Shown: positions 37,650 through 48,675, counted from the first letter of the whole stretch. The stretch is 60,195 bases of DNA, filler included, from Globobulimina sp. (GCA_003354225.1; 8 parts of 8 records of this genome joined end to end with filler, not necessarily neighbours in it); one strand, 5' to 3'. The notes: generated from the sequence alone by a model not told the origin. Program-made: numbers and translations.

Positions 37650-37749
37650 NNNNNNNNNNNNNNNNNNNNNNNNNNNNNNNNNNNNNNNNNNNNTTAATTA
37701 ATTAANNNNNNNNNNNNNNNNNNNNNNNNNNNNNNNNNNNNNNNNNNNN
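37650..37749. other. Artificial contig linker
   Basis: 44 N + TTAATTAATTAA + 44 N. Confidence 0.98.
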
Positions 37750-38200
37750 TGGAAACAGCATGGTTCCATTAGTGGATCCAAATTGGATGAGGTTTGTGCC
37801 TGTCAACGATGTACAAAATGATAATTTGGATTTTAATCAAAATGGGAATGGTGCGGATGACGAGGCGGAGGACGAAAAGATGATTGATTCATTTTTGGAG
37901 GATGATGCTGCGGAGGTTGCGGTGGTAAAAGAGGAAGAAAGTATATTGGTGTATTCGTGTGTTGGTAATCATCATAAAACACATTTGATGGCCTATAATG
38001 ATGCGGATGTTGCATCAGAACCAATGTTGGCGACAGCAAATGATAGACTGATGTTCTATGAATTGAATAAAAGATATCCAAAATGGATGAAAGTGAGCGA
38101 ATTGAAGGAGAAATGTGATACATGTGATGCGAAAAGAATATCTGATTTGTTATTTGCTCTTTGGGCGGATGGAGTTTTAGAAACAGATAAACATAAATGA
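37750..38200 (+). CDS. 3' fragment resembling the C-terminal winged-helix domain of ribosomal oxygenases (NO66/MINA53)
   Basis: VYSCVGN...LNKRYPKWMKVSEL...LFALWADGVL pattern; the JmjC part is not in the contig. Confidence 0.5.
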
Positions 38201-38273
38201 TGTTTGTTTTTATTTCAGAGACAATTTTATTGGAGTGACAAAATTTTAAAAGTAAAATGTTAAACGAAGACGC

Positions 38274-38415
38274 TTCATCGCTTTTTCATCGGTTTTTAGT
38301 GTGCTCATTACAGTTTTTTCATATAATGTTATATGTAAAAACTGTCAACGCATCGGTTTTAATCGGAAAAACCGATGAAAATTTAATATAATGATAAATG
38401 TGTTCCGATGAAAAA
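38274..38415. repeat. Cluster of CATCGG/CCGATG motifs, candidate subterminal region of the adjacent transposon
   Basis: tttttcatcggttttt (38282-38297) is inverted at 38367-38381; further copies near 38351 and 38405. Confidence 0.45.
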
Positions 38416-38873
38416 ACAGAGTCTGAACGAACAGAAACAAACCAAAGGTGATACAAACAAAAAATTAATATACAAATCATACAAAACTCTACATAAACAG
38501 CGCTTAAATAAATAACGTATAAGACCCTATGAGTATGGTTTGTGAGACAGTTGTATCTGTTTGCAATTAAAAAATGATAACACCAGAAAAGTACATTAAT
38601 AAAAATAATATAGAAATATAGAAATATAGAGAAAATTATGATAAGAAAATTACCAATGCAATTTATCGAAAAACAGACAAAAAAAAGAGACCTAAAAGAC
38701 ACACCCCCCAAAAGACACACCCCCCAAAAAGAATGTACTACCAATCAAAATAAAAAAAAATATTCAAATATTCACTCTGTAATTGAAAGTAACGCGATAA
38801 AAAAAAATGTAAAGAAAAAAACATAATACGAAAGAAAATTGAATATAATAAATACAGATATATTAATAACCGT

Positions 38874-41800
38874 TTATTTAGATAGTTTTCGATACAACGT
38901 TAATAAATATTTCCTCTCTGATGATTCAATCCTTTCCTTTTTTTTCATTTGAATATTTACAATAGGTGGAATAAATTTTGCTTTCTTCCACTCACACCAA
39001 CACCTATTACATATCCTTGTTCCTTTTCTTTTTGCAGATTCCCACTCCAATGGATGTTGATGTTTTTTAACAGGTATTTTCCACTCTGCTGTTTTCGTTG
39101 CAGTACAAACACAACAAACTCTACCAACCTTTATTTTATTTTGATACGATGGAAACGTACAGCATATCTTTTTATAAATCTGTTCGTTAGTCATTTCTCC
39201 TAATTTTAAACTGCAGTCAACAGTGGTACCATCCGGACATCGTCTTAATTTCGTTGCTGGTCCCCATAACTTCGCAAGTGGTATCAACGGTGGTATATTA
39301 TTATTGGATGGAGGAACAACTGTTGATGGCATGGTTGATGGGCTAATATTATCTCTTAAAACATATAAAGCTGTATCCCAGAAAACAGATGCATTTAACG
39401 AATGTAAATAAGAAATATTTTCATATGATAAAAGAGAATCGTTAAATTTAATGATTTTATTTTTTACACATAAATAAAAAAGCCAATGGCCAGTGTGCGA
39501 TGAATCACCAATATGAGAAGCAAACCCAAACAAATCGTATACACCGTTTAATTTGCTAAACTTTGAAACATCAATGGTTTTGTTCAATTTACATTTATTT
39601 CCTTTTTTATTAAATTTAAATTCATCAGATTTATCCTTAAATTCTTGTTGTTGGATATAATTTCGTTGAATATTTACTAACATATATTTTGATATTTCAA
39701 TTATTTGTAATTTAATGAATCTTTGATTTGATTCATCTTTTGTTTTTGTGTTAAAATATAAATTAAGTGCGCATTCAACATCATTTGCTGGTTGAATTAT
39801 GATATTTGACAATAACTCATTATTTTGAATTGCACGTTCATACCATTGTTGTGAACCATAATCACAAAATATTGTTTTTACTTTGAATAAAAATAAAGAT
39901 TCTAACTGTTTTGCATCTTTTGAATCAAACAATTCTGAAATTATTCTTTCTCGAATATGGTTAAACAAATCACCGGCATCACCCATTGCCTTCATATTAA
40001 ATAAATCTCCATCATATTTTGATATAAAATTAAAGAATGGTTTATTATTCACCAATGACACAGATGGGTTTGCCATTTCTTGGCAAATATGGCCAATTTG
40101 TGCAAAGTATGTGCATACAGGATATTGCATATAATCATTTATTAACTTTATCCTATATTCTGGGATAGCGTGTAGTATTTGGACAGCGGTATTTGCCCAA
40201 CAAATATCCATACACTCGTTTGGTAGGCCTGCAAAACCTGCAAAATGACAATTGATTTGTTTTAATGTGTTTAATTCTAATTTATTATAAATCGTCATTT
40301 GTTTATCATAAATAATATGGACAGACCGACTTATGTCTCTAAATTGTGAAAATTGAAGAAAAATCGAGCCATTACATACTGAGCATTCAAATACGCGTTG
40401 ATGTGATATATTAAACATATCTCTCTTACTTAATTGCGGTATGCATAAAACATGATAACCTGTTGCGCAAATATCACAATAAATGTTTTTTTCAGGATCT
40501 ATATCCAAATGATGATCACAAACGCATGGGTTTAAGGTTGAAAATATCACATTATCTCCGTTTTGTAAACATGACGATTTTAATTTGTATGACTCTCTGC
40601 ATCCTTTAATTAATTGCAACGCAGAATATAAATATTTCATTCTATTCACATTATCATTGTTTATTTCAGAACCTTTTACATCTTCACAACCATTGCCGTT
40701 ATCATTTGCGGTGGTTCTGCTGTCATTTCGTATAATTAATGGTCGATCAATACCATTGGACAGCGCAACAGTATCACTTACAATGGTTGCTTTAGATTGA
40801 ATATCATTTTGCAAACACGCGATTTCAGGTTCTAAATTATTTGGCGACGAATATATTGTCGAAATATCTTCATGAAATAACATTAAAATACCTTTTGCAA
40901 TTACGTCATTTTTAATAACTTCTTCAATTTGTTTGCATCTTTTAATGGCAGAATCTACGTATGTTTGTATATCATTCTTTAAATTTGTTTCTTTTTCATC
41001 ATACAACAAAATACTTTGTCTTATATTTTCAACCTTAATCTTCGACCACGCACTTTTCAATTCGGTAATAGGAATTGTCGGATATGACCAATTCATGATA
41101 ATCTGATTTATCACCACACAAAACGAATCCCATAACCACATATCTACAATATTGCATTCATTCGGAGTTAAACGTAGGTAATATACTTCACTTATCCAAT
41201 CTAATATCTTCTCTGGCTCTAAACATGTTGACATGAATATTTTTAATATCTTTACCTGTTCTGAACCTCGATTCCACAAACCACCTGTTTTAAACTCATC
41301 ATTTTTATATGCAATAACTCTGTTTAATGTCTCCAACAACATATTGTCATCAAAATCATCTAAATTTGGTGCTAAATTCTTTAAATATGATTGCAACAGT
41401 TTTATATTTTTAAACGACGTTGAATATAATGACGCACAGCCAGCAACAGATCCTAATGATGTTAATAAAAATTTGCAATGAAAAACAGCACTTTTCGAAG
41501 ACTCATTTTTCCATTTTGTTTTCGTGAAAGTCGGATCAAACAACATCATGTACCATTTACTATCAATGTACCACATTTTGATCAAATACCTTATTGTGTC
41601 TGCTTCTTTTGTCTCTGAATCTGATTCATCCGCAATATTATTTATAATAACACTTTTCAAAATCGTCTCAGTTGCGTTTTTCGATTTGGTTATACTTACA
41701 ATATCAGCAGATAGTTGCCGCATTTCATATGGTGTGTTAAGTTCATTTATAATTTCTGATAAATCACTCTCTAAATATGTCACATAATGTTGTAATAATA

Positions 41801-44800
41801 TATCATTTTTTTTAATGAAATGAAACTTCGAATTGAAATATTCCTTTTGATATTGTTTTGTTGTTGAGTTTTTTTTATTGTTTGCCAAGATATCAGATAA
41901 AATATCGATTGATTCACGTGCCAATTTGGGAGTAGTTTGAATGCCATAATATCTCGGTGCTAATGTGTCAAACGTCAATTCACTAAATTCTTTGTAATAT
42001 ACATTCACTTTGTGGTTAATATAACAAAAACTCATATCATCGTAGCCAGGGGCTTGTAACACAATTATTGGAATAAATAAATTTTTAATTATCACTGACG
42101 TATGTCCAACATACAATTGTTTCGCTTTTTGAAGGTTGTACACCGCACCGAAATCAAATACCCCTTTGTTTTGTTTGGCTAAATTTCTTTTAGATACCTT
42201 TGAGATATCACCCATTTCATAGGTTCTCCATTTTGATGATATTCTTTCATATTTACTTTTGGTTCGTTCTGCATTTAACTTTGTGATGTTTTTATGGCGG
42301 CTTTTGCGGTATTGATGTGTTTTCTTATGTTTTATAGCAACTATATGGGATGCTGTCGCATCCAAAGCTGATGTTAATTTGAAAAACACGTTCCATGGTG
42401 ATAACCTTTTGCCTACTTGTATTACCTTTTGGTTATGGTGATTTTCAATCCAATTCGTTGTTGTGTGGTTACGGAGTTGTGTATTAAAATGTTTCGATTG
42501 TGATTTTGATACTTTTAAAATAGATTTTACAACACTTAAATTTGTATATGCTTTTACAACCATATCTAATGCTTTATTTTCTTTGGCGTAAGGTTTAAAT
42601 GTTTTTATCCATTTATCTAATCTTTTTATTGCAATTGGTAATGATTGTTCATGAACAATATCAGTCATACTCTCTGAAAAGACCTTTCTTAAATTAGTTG
42701 GTAATTTTTTGGTCGCCGTTGATACCGCTCTAAGTTTATGAAGAACGTCATGCTGGATAAACTCTTCACTTTTTGGCGCTCCGGTAATTTGTAGTTGTTT
42801 AATTTTGGTTATATTTGCTTTATCCATTAATGTATGTATTAAAATATTTTGTTTTAACTCGTCCTCGAATTCATTCTGCTGAAAGGCACCAAACGCTATT
42901 TGTGCACCCATTACGTTGGCTTTATCCATATCATACAAAGTAAACCCGCGGTTTATAACATCATCGACATCATAGCCATACGTATTTTTTAATGTATACA
43001 AAAGAAATAAATAAAAGACAGTCATTATGGTATGATCCTCTTTTTTAATTATCGCATACATTATCGGTATCGCCTCGTTTAACTCACTTACCCATAACCC
43101 CATGTTCCAAAATTTATACGTATCTTTGACGATTTTATAGGTAGTATCACCAAAAAAAACCATTTGTACCATTTGGGCAAAAACATTGTCGTTTGTCATC
43201 ATTTGTAAATCTAATTGATCCAAACTAGGTTCTTGCCCAGTTTCAAATATTTTCTTCTCACCAAATAATTGAATTACATAACTCCATATATCCGGTGCCA
43301 TAAACATAACCACAGCGTTATCATCTGTCATTTCTTTATATAATATATAAGATTTTAACCTTTCTTCTTTCATTTGCCAGAATGATATAAATTCAACTGT
43401 TTGCACTCCGTATTTACGCTGCATTTTCGTCCTATGATATGCTATGGCGGCATTTAATCGATCTACACCATATTGAAAGTATGACTCAATTGTTGCTATT
43501 TGTATATAATGACCATCTTGATGTTGTACTGCTTTCGCTCTAATTTTTGAGCCAGTTTGTTCATATAAATTAAACTGTTGCTGCAACCAAATCAGTGACG
43601 AAGGTAATGGGCTAATTCTCGCAGTTGTATGGCAATATGAGCTATGGTGATTCAACACAAATAATAACACAGAAATATCTCCGTTTCGTGGCGAATAAAA
43701 ATTACCTTCAGCTGTTCCCCAAATCAAATCACATTTGTAATATGCTTTAGTTTCATAGCACTTTGTACATATTTCAGAATTCATTAATACTTCATCTGAA
43801 TGGTTCTGTCTGTTTTTATGCTTGGCTGGTGAGGCAATAAATGCTAATTCACAATCTGTATTAACACACAAAACCATTCCTGGGCAATAATAAATACACA
43901 ATTTATTACCATATTTTTTGGTGATGAGGTTTTTGCTAAATGGGAAAAAATTAAAATGATCACTGTCTCTTTTCGATATTAAGATGCATACATTCCCGTC
44001 TTTTGTGCCAAGCAAAGCAAATGCGCGTACAATTAATAATTGCCTGTTAATTTCAGAACTCGGGTTCATGTTCACTTCACACATAAATTCAGTTGGGCGT
44101 GCTAATTTAATTAAACCTTGAATATACACTACCTCTCCCTTTTTACTTTTTCTTTTTTGATTTCTTTTTTGAATTGAAATATTTATCTGAAACTCATTTC
44201 TTTTTGGCTTCACACTAAAACATGGAAAATGTGGATCGTTTTGCAGTTTTATTTTGAAAAAAGGATTCGATTCATTTATATCGGTGTCTGTATGTCTTTT
44301 ATATGCAACGGTATGAGGCGAATCCCATTTGGTTCTAATATAGGTATCTGATGCATTTATAATATTTTTGGTGACACTACGTGAACCAACACCATTTACG
44401 ATTTCATATTTATTATTTTTAATATAATTATTTACCAAATGAAAATATTGTAATTCTTCATCTTTTGCCATTATACAATTCTTTTGTATATACGCACGCA
44501 CCACTTGTTCAAACTGTTCCTGGCTTGTGGTGTTATATAAATAAATGAACTTTTGTACTGTTAATGGAATACCAACGCTCACATAGGAGCCAGCTGTATA
44601 TCTAATTTGATAATAACTATGTAATAAATGCTGTAACTTTTTAATTAAATGTAACATGACTTTTTTCCAGTGTGTGTTGCTTTGTTTCTTGTGACAAATC
44701 TTATCTGTAATTATTACTAATTTAATATTTTCATGCAACTTTGAAATAACATCTTGGTGATCATACATTGAATCTTTAATAATCTGCTTTGATCCACCTC

Positions 44801-45176
44801 GGATATTAATATGGTTTGGATCAACCAAAACAACGTCATCACTAGAAACATCAATGCCGCTGATCATGCATTCTGTTGTATCATTTGATTGATTTGTAGA
44901 CTCTGATAAATCTGACAAATCATACTCTAAAAATGCGCTTAAATCGTCTGATTCTGCACACCTTGCCGATGTTCGTTGTGTTACTTTGTTTGTAAATGAT
45001 GTGGTTTCTTGTGAAGGCATGGTTGTACCACTCAGTGTGTGTCTGTTTACAGATATTTCTGACACAGTTTCAACGGTTCGTGTGGTTGTATCTTGTGGTG
45101 GTGTCATTTTTACCTTTGTACGAACTGTTACTGGGTGTGTGGTTGTATATGATCTGACTACACCTGATGATGTCAT
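38874..45176 (-). CDS. Mutator-like DDE transposase fused to PHD finger, USP (C19) peptidase and GATA-like zinc finger
   Basis: DDE motifs FFGDTTYK, LYDMDKANVMGA and TTNWIENHH. PHD CVC...CDICATGYHVLC...CSVC. USP Cys box GLPNECMDICWANTAVQIL and His box SHIGDSSHTGHW...FNDS. C-terminal CCVCTATKTAEWK...ICNRC. 2100 codons without introns; start lies at the contig edge. Confidence 0.8.
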   Translation of the reverse strand: MTSSGVVRSYTTTHPVTVRTKVKMTPPQDTTTRTVETVSEISVNRHTLSGTTMPSQETTSFTNKVTQRTSARCAESDDLSAFLEYDLSDLSESTNQSNDTTECMISGIDVSSDDVVLVDPNHINIRGGSKQIIKDSMYDHQDVISKLHENIKLVIITDKICHKKQSNTHWKKVMLHLIKKLQHLLHSYYQIRYTAGSYVSVGIPLTVQKFIYLYNTTSQEQFEQVVRAYIQKNCIMAKDEELQYFHLVNNYIKNNKYEIVNGVGSRSVTKNIINASDTYIRTKWDSPHTVAYKRHTDTDINESNPFFKIKLQNDPHFPCFSVKPKRNEFQINISIQKRNQKRKSKKGEVVYIQGLIKLARPTEFMCEVNMNPSSEINRQLLIVRAFALLGTKDGNVCILISKRDSDHFNFFPFSKNLITKKYGNKLCIYYCPGMVLCVNTDCELAFIASPAKHKNRQNHSDEVLMNSEICTKCYETKAYYKCDLIWGTAEGNFYSPRNGDISVLLFVLNHHSSYCHTTARISPLPSSLIWLQQQFNLYEQTGSKIRAKAVQHQDGHYIQIATIESYFQYGVDRLNAAIAYHRTKMQRKYGVQTVEFISFWQMKEERLKSYILYKEMTDDNAVVMFMAPDIWSYVIQLFGEKKIFETGQEPSLDQLDLQMMTNDNVFAQMVQMVFFGDTTYKIVKDTYKFWNMGLWVSELNEAIPIMYAIIKKEDHTIMTVFYLFLLYTLKNTYGYDVDDVINRGFTLYDMDKANVMGAQIAFGAFQQNEFEDELKQNILIHTLMDKANITKIKQLQITGAPKSEEFIQHDVLHKLRAVSTATKKLPTNLRKVFSESMTDIVHEQSLPIAIKRLDKWIKTFKPYAKENKALDMVVKAYTNLSVVKSILKVSKSQSKHFNTQLRNHTTTNWIENHHNQKVIQVGKRLSPWNVFFKLTSALDATASHIVAIKHKKTHQYRKSRHKNITKLNAERTKSKYERISSKWRTYEMGDISKVSKRNLAKQNKGVFDFGAVYNLQKAKQLYVGHTSVIIKNLFIPIIVLQAPGYDDMSFCYINHKVNVYYKEFSELTFDTLAPRYYGIQTTPKLARESIDILSDILANNKKNSTTKQYQKEYFNSKFHFIKKNDILLQHYVTYLESDLSEIINELNTPYEMRQLSADIVSITKSKNATETILKSVIINNIADESDSETKEADTIRYLIKMWYIDSKWYMMLFDPTFTKTKWKNESSKSAVFHCKFLLTSLGSVAGCASLYSTSFKNIKLLQSYLKNLAPNLDDFDDNMLLETLNRVIAYKNDEFKTGGLWNRGSEQVKILKIFMSTCLEPEKILDWISEVYYLRLTPNECNIVDMWLWDSFCVVINQIIMNWSYPTIPITELKSAWSKIKVENIRQSILLYDEKETNLKNDIQTYVDSAIKRCKQIEEVIKNDVIAKGILMLFHEDISTIYSSPNNLEPEIACLQNDIQSKATIVSDTVALSNGIDRPLIIRNDSRTTANDNGNGCEDVKGSEINNDNVNRMKYLYSALQLIKGCRESYKLKSSCLQNGDNVIFSTLNPCVCDHHLDIDPEKNIYCDICATGYHVLCIPQLSKRDMFNISHQRVFECSVCNGSIFLQFSQFRDISRSVHIIYDKQMTIYNKLELNTLKQINCHFAGFAGLPNECMDICWANTAVQILHAIPEYRIKLINDYMQYPVCTYFAQIGHICQEMANPSVSLVNNKPFFNFISKYDGDLFNMKAMGDAGDLFNHIRERIISELFDSKDAKQLESLFLFKVKTIFCDYGSQQWYERAIQNNELLSNIIIQPANDVECALNLYFNTKTKDESNQRFIKLQIIEISKYMLVNIQRNYIQQQEFKDKSDEFKFNKKGNKCKLNKTIDVSKFSKLNGVYDLFGFASHIGDSSHTGHWLFYLCVKNKIIKFNDSLLSYENISYLHSLNASVFWDTALYVLRDNISPSTMPSTVVPPSNNNIPPLIPLAKLWGPATKLRRCPDGTTVDCSLKLGEMTNEQIYKKICCTFPSYQNKIKVGRVCCVCTATKTAEWKIPVKKHQHPLEWESAKRKGTRICNRCWCEWKKAKFIPPIVNIQMKKKERIESSERKYLLTLYRKLSK

Positions 45177-45177
45177 T

Positions 45178-45277
45178 NNNNNNNNNNNNNNNNNNNNNNN
45201 NNNNNNNNNNNNNNNNNNNNNTTAATTAATTAANNNNNNNNNNNNNNNNNNNNNNNNNNNNNNNNNNNNNNNNNNNN
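45178..45277. other. Artificial contig linker
   Basis: 44 N + TTAATTAATTAA + 44 N. Confidence 0.98.
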
Positions 45278-45652
45278 GAGATAATTAAGAGATAATTGTA
45301 GATAATTAGGCTTAATTATAGATAATATGAGGTAATGACAGGTAATTAAGGTAATTGGAGGTAATCAGAGATAATTCAACTAATTAGAGATAATTGGAGA
45401 TAATCGGAGATAATTAAGATAATCTGAGATAATATGTGATAATTAAGATAATGGGAGATAATGGAAGCTAATTGAGATAATTGAAGATAAATATAGATAA
45501 TTGATGGTCGATCGCAACTTATATAGATAATTGGCGATAATTAAGATAATAGGAGATAATTAGAGCTAATTAAGATAATTGGAGATAATTAGGATAATTA
45601 AAAGATAATTAAAGATGATTAAAGATAATTAAAGGATAATTAACCGATAAAT
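45278..45652. repeat. Degenerate ~9-10-bp tandem array (consensus ~GAGATAATTA)
   Basis: More than 30 consecutive variants with a GATAAT/GGTAAT core, running off the contig start. Confidence 0.9.
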
Positions 45653-45669
45653 AAAAGCATCTTCTTCCT

Positions 45670-45772
45670 TTTGCTGTGGCATCGTTGACTTTGCTAGTTA
45701 GCGGTTGCCCCATGTTATGATACATATCGTCTAATCTATTAGTACCCAAGGAAAAAAGTTGGATGTTTTTAA
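45670..45772 (-). repeat. ~100-bp gene-downstream element, copy 1
   Basis: Differs from 46640-46742 at 4 of 103 positions; begins ~67 nt after the stop of 45839-46513. Confidence 0.9.
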
Positions 45773-45838
45773 ACGACAATTTACTGACAGGAAACTAAAT
45801 TTTAAACAAATAAAAAAAAAGAAAAAATCAATTTAAAA

Positions 45839-46513
45839 TCAACATTTTTGCTGATATCCGATGGTATCTACTGGTGTGAGTTTGCGATCATATTCATCGA
45901 GATCGATAGTCCATCGATTCACAAAAGCATCAAAAGCAAAACCTTCATCTTCCGATGATGTTGGTGTGCCGCCGTCGTTCCGATGATGTCGAGAATCCTC
46001 AATAACATTTATCCAATCAACGCGCATCACCACAGTTGGTACTTGACACGTTTTTGTAAATTTCACTTTTAAAGTCCCGGGTCGTAATGGTGGTGACTTT
46101 TCACTTTTCGTTTGATAACATAATCTCCTGACGCTAACCTCACCATCGCATTCCGTTGATATTTCAAGCGTAACTTTAAAAAACAAAAAATATCGTTTCC
46201 ATGTTGCAATAGGTAAATCATGATCTGCATAAATCTCCAAAATATGCGCATCACCAACATCATCACCACAATACATTTGTATAAATTTATTTAAAACTAA
46301 CGCATTTGAGTTGTTTATTAATGTGTCTCTTTCATCGGCAGGTATAGACCAATTTCTGTCAGCTCCAATCCTTCTGGCTGCTGTAACCATATCCAACATC
46401 AGTTTAATAAACATGCAGACTACAAAAGGAGAGCTATTCAATCGCTGCTTCTTTTTTGGTGGTTGTAGATGTGTATTCTGTTGTAGCTTTCGTTTGTGTC
46501 GGTTAGCTGACAT
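45839..46513 (-). CDS. Hypothetical protein with N-terminal NLS (PPKKKQR), transposon accessory gene
   Basis: 224-aa ATG ORF bracketed by the two 103-bp direct repeats. Confidence 0.65.
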   Translation of the reverse strand: MSANRHKRKLQQNTHLQPPKKKQRLNSSPFVVCMFIKLMLDMVTAARRIGADRNWSIPADERDTLINNSNALVLNKFIQMYCGDDVGDAHILEIYADHDLPIATWKRYFLFFKVTLEISTECDGEVSVRRLCYQTKSEKSPPLRPGTLKVKFTKTCQVPTVVMRVDWINVIEDSRHHRNDGGTPTSSEDEGFAFDAFVNRWTIDLDEYDRKLTPVDTIGYQQKC

Positions 46514-46639
46514 TATTCTTTATGGATTTACTCAAAAAAAAACTTACGACTAAGCAACTAAATGCGTTAATCTGTTGAGATATCTACATTCTATACCATA
46601 TAAATATCTCGCCATCGAACCCAATCTCACTTTTAATAA

Positions 46640-46742
46640 TTTGCTGTGGCATCGTTGATTTTGCTAGTTAGCGGTTGCCCCATGTTATGATACATATCGT
46701 CTAATCTATCATTACTCAAGGAAAAAAGTTGGATGTTTTTAA
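46640..46742 (-). repeat. ~100-bp gene-downstream element, copy 2
   Basis: Direct repeat of 45670-45772 at 970-bp spacing; begins ~83 nt after the transposase stop. Confidence 0.9.
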
Positions 46743-46824
46743 TGATTACTAACTATTGAATTTAGGACAGATTGAATTAAATAATAATCCCTACAAACAC
46801 AATAAACACAAAATCACTCTATAA

Positions 46825-48675
46825 CTACAAAGTCGATAACATATCATTCAATTTTTCATATTCATTCTCCCAGCATAAAAACAAACATTGGATGTAGTTC
46901 CAAACGACAATTTCTTTTTTTCTATCCATATTTTCAAATAGGTCCCATATGCTTTTCAATGCCTCACACCGGTTACGTCTATCCGGAGAGCGTTTTCTTA
47001 AAAAGCCATTCACTTCAAACCCTTCATATCTGCCTGCGATGACAGCCATCCATTGTTTCAAATTCCAACAAAAATCCCACCAATTCTTACGCACACCTAA
47101 ATCGAGCAATGCCTTCTTATTCCAACCCTCGCAGAAATTATTGTCCATAACATAAGATCCTTGACAATTTAATAATTTCAATCCGAATTTCTGCAGCCAA
47201 ATAGGCTTCAAATAATCATTATAAAAATCACGAAAGGCCCCCCTACTTTTACCAGTTAATCCTCTCCATGCTTTTCTCTTTATTAAATCCGCTCCAAATG
47301 CAGCACAATCCGGATGAATACCGCGAAGGCATTCAAAATATCGAATAAATTGGCGGAACAAATCATCATGGAAATACAATCCAATGTAACCACGTTGTTT
47401 CATGTTTTTATTAATTGCATTAATAAAATGAAATCCACAGCCGTCATCTTTCAATACATCAATGTGTTGCGACTGAGACAGTGCATTATGTTCACCCATG
47501 CTAAAATCACCCATTAATCTTACCGGTTTGTTGGTTAAACACTGAAGCGGTTGACCTGAAAGCTTCTCAGCATATCGCACCAAACAAATTATTATCTCGT
47601 TAATCGATTCTGCTGTGTGGTCTTGCATTAAACATACGAAAGCAGGAAAATTTTCATCCTGTAATTCAGTCGATTGAGTCTCGAATAGACCGTGCAAGAG
47701 CCAGCTCTGTTCCCATCCTTTGCACCTATTTAAATTTGGACATACGCGGCACAATTGATCGAATCCAATCAGTGAGCAATTCTTTAATATTTTATAACTG
47801 CTTCGATGCCCAAAAATTATTAATGACCCGTTTATGCGCATATAAATGACAAACTTACATTTTTTGTCTGCTCCATTGGAAGTAATTCGAATTAATTTCA
47901 ATAACTCGTTTATTTTTGTTAATTTTAACATTGCATCATTTATCTGTAATTGTCCCTTTACGCATTTCTGCTCCTGACTTAAGCTCTTATCTTGGAATAA
48001 TTCATCCATATTTATAGTACAATCCACAGATGCTGTCATCTGCATTCCCTTCATGAGTTGCCTTAATTTCTGCGTGCAATGCGCATAGAAATTTTCCGTC
48101 CAAATTCGGTTATCTTTCAAACTTTGTGCCGCTGATTCGCGACATGTCGGCAACGGTGGGTAGGCTGAGTCATATTGTCCCATTTGCTTTTTAATAGCAG
48201 TCGTTTTTCGCTGTAGTTGTGCGACTGATTGGAATTCATTTAATTGCGGATTCTGCAACATCTGGCTTTCGCAGGCCCCCCGCGACGATTTTCCTTGCAA
48301 TATGGCCTCTTGCGTGGCAATGGTTTGTATATCTTGTATATGCTTTGCGTTCGGCGTGATCTTCTTATGATAACACCGCTTGTGTTCCTGGCCGATGTCG
48401 TTATCATGCATTGAATAGAACGTGCAGTTCCATATAGATCCTAATGGTCTGAATGGTCTGGCTCGAATATAATTTTTGCATTGACTTACATAACAGTTCA
48501 ATTGGATCTCTCCTTTTCTTAATAAATGCGGCTGATACGACGAGATTTTGTATCGGTTGTACTCGTGTACAGCATACTTATCATTTAACCATTGAACCTG
48601 GTATTTAGTTTCATGTGTTATCTTTGGTGGGTTTCTGTTGCCGTCGGCCATTGGACCGTTTGTTGCGTTTTTCAT
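46825..48675 (-). CDS. Mutator-like (MULE) DDE transposase
   Basis: LIGFDQLCRVCP (D1), LMGDFSMGEHNAL (D2), GCGFHFINAINKN (CxxH) and DNNFCEGWNK (E). N-terminal C-x4-C...H...H zinc-finger-like region. Confidence 0.85.
   Translation of the reverse strand: MKNATNGPMADGNRNPPKITHETKYQVQWLNDKYAVHEYNRYKISSYQPHLLRKGEIQLNCYVSQCKNYIRARPFRPLGSIWNCTFYSMHDNDIGQEHKRCYHKKITPNAKHIQDIQTIATQEAILQGKSSRGACESQMLQNPQLNEFQSVAQLQRKTTAIKKQMGQYDSAYPPLPTCRESAAQSLKDNRIWTENFYAHCTQKLRQLMKGMQMTASVDCTINMDELFQDKSLSQEQKCVKGQLQINDAMLKLTKINELLKLIRITSNGADKKCKFVIYMRINGSLIIFGHRSSYKILKNCSLIGFDQLCRVCPNLNRCKGWEQSWLLHGLFETQSTELQDENFPAFVCLMQDHTAESINEIIICLVRYAEKLSGQPLQCLTNKPVRLMGDFSMGEHNALSQSQHIDVLKDDGCGFHFINAINKNMKQRGYIGLYFHDDLFRQFIRYFECLRGIHPDCAAFGADLIKRKAWRGLTGKSRGAFRDFYNDYLKPIWLQKFGLKLLNCQGSYVMDNNFCEGWNKKALLDLGVRKNWWDFCWNLKQWMAVIAGRYEGFEVNGFLRKRSPDRRNRCEALKSIWDLFENMDRKKEIVVWNYIQCLFLCWENEYEKLNDMLSTL

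Noticed and set aside
45278-45652. Possible CRISPR array or telomere
   Set aside because: Units are ~10 bp, degenerate and without unique spacers; no cas genes are present; the unit is not a fixed telomeric repeat.
45670-46742. LTR retroelement bounded by 103-bp LTRs
   Set aside because: No TG...CA ends, primer-binding site or gag/pol motifs, and a third inverted copy exists.
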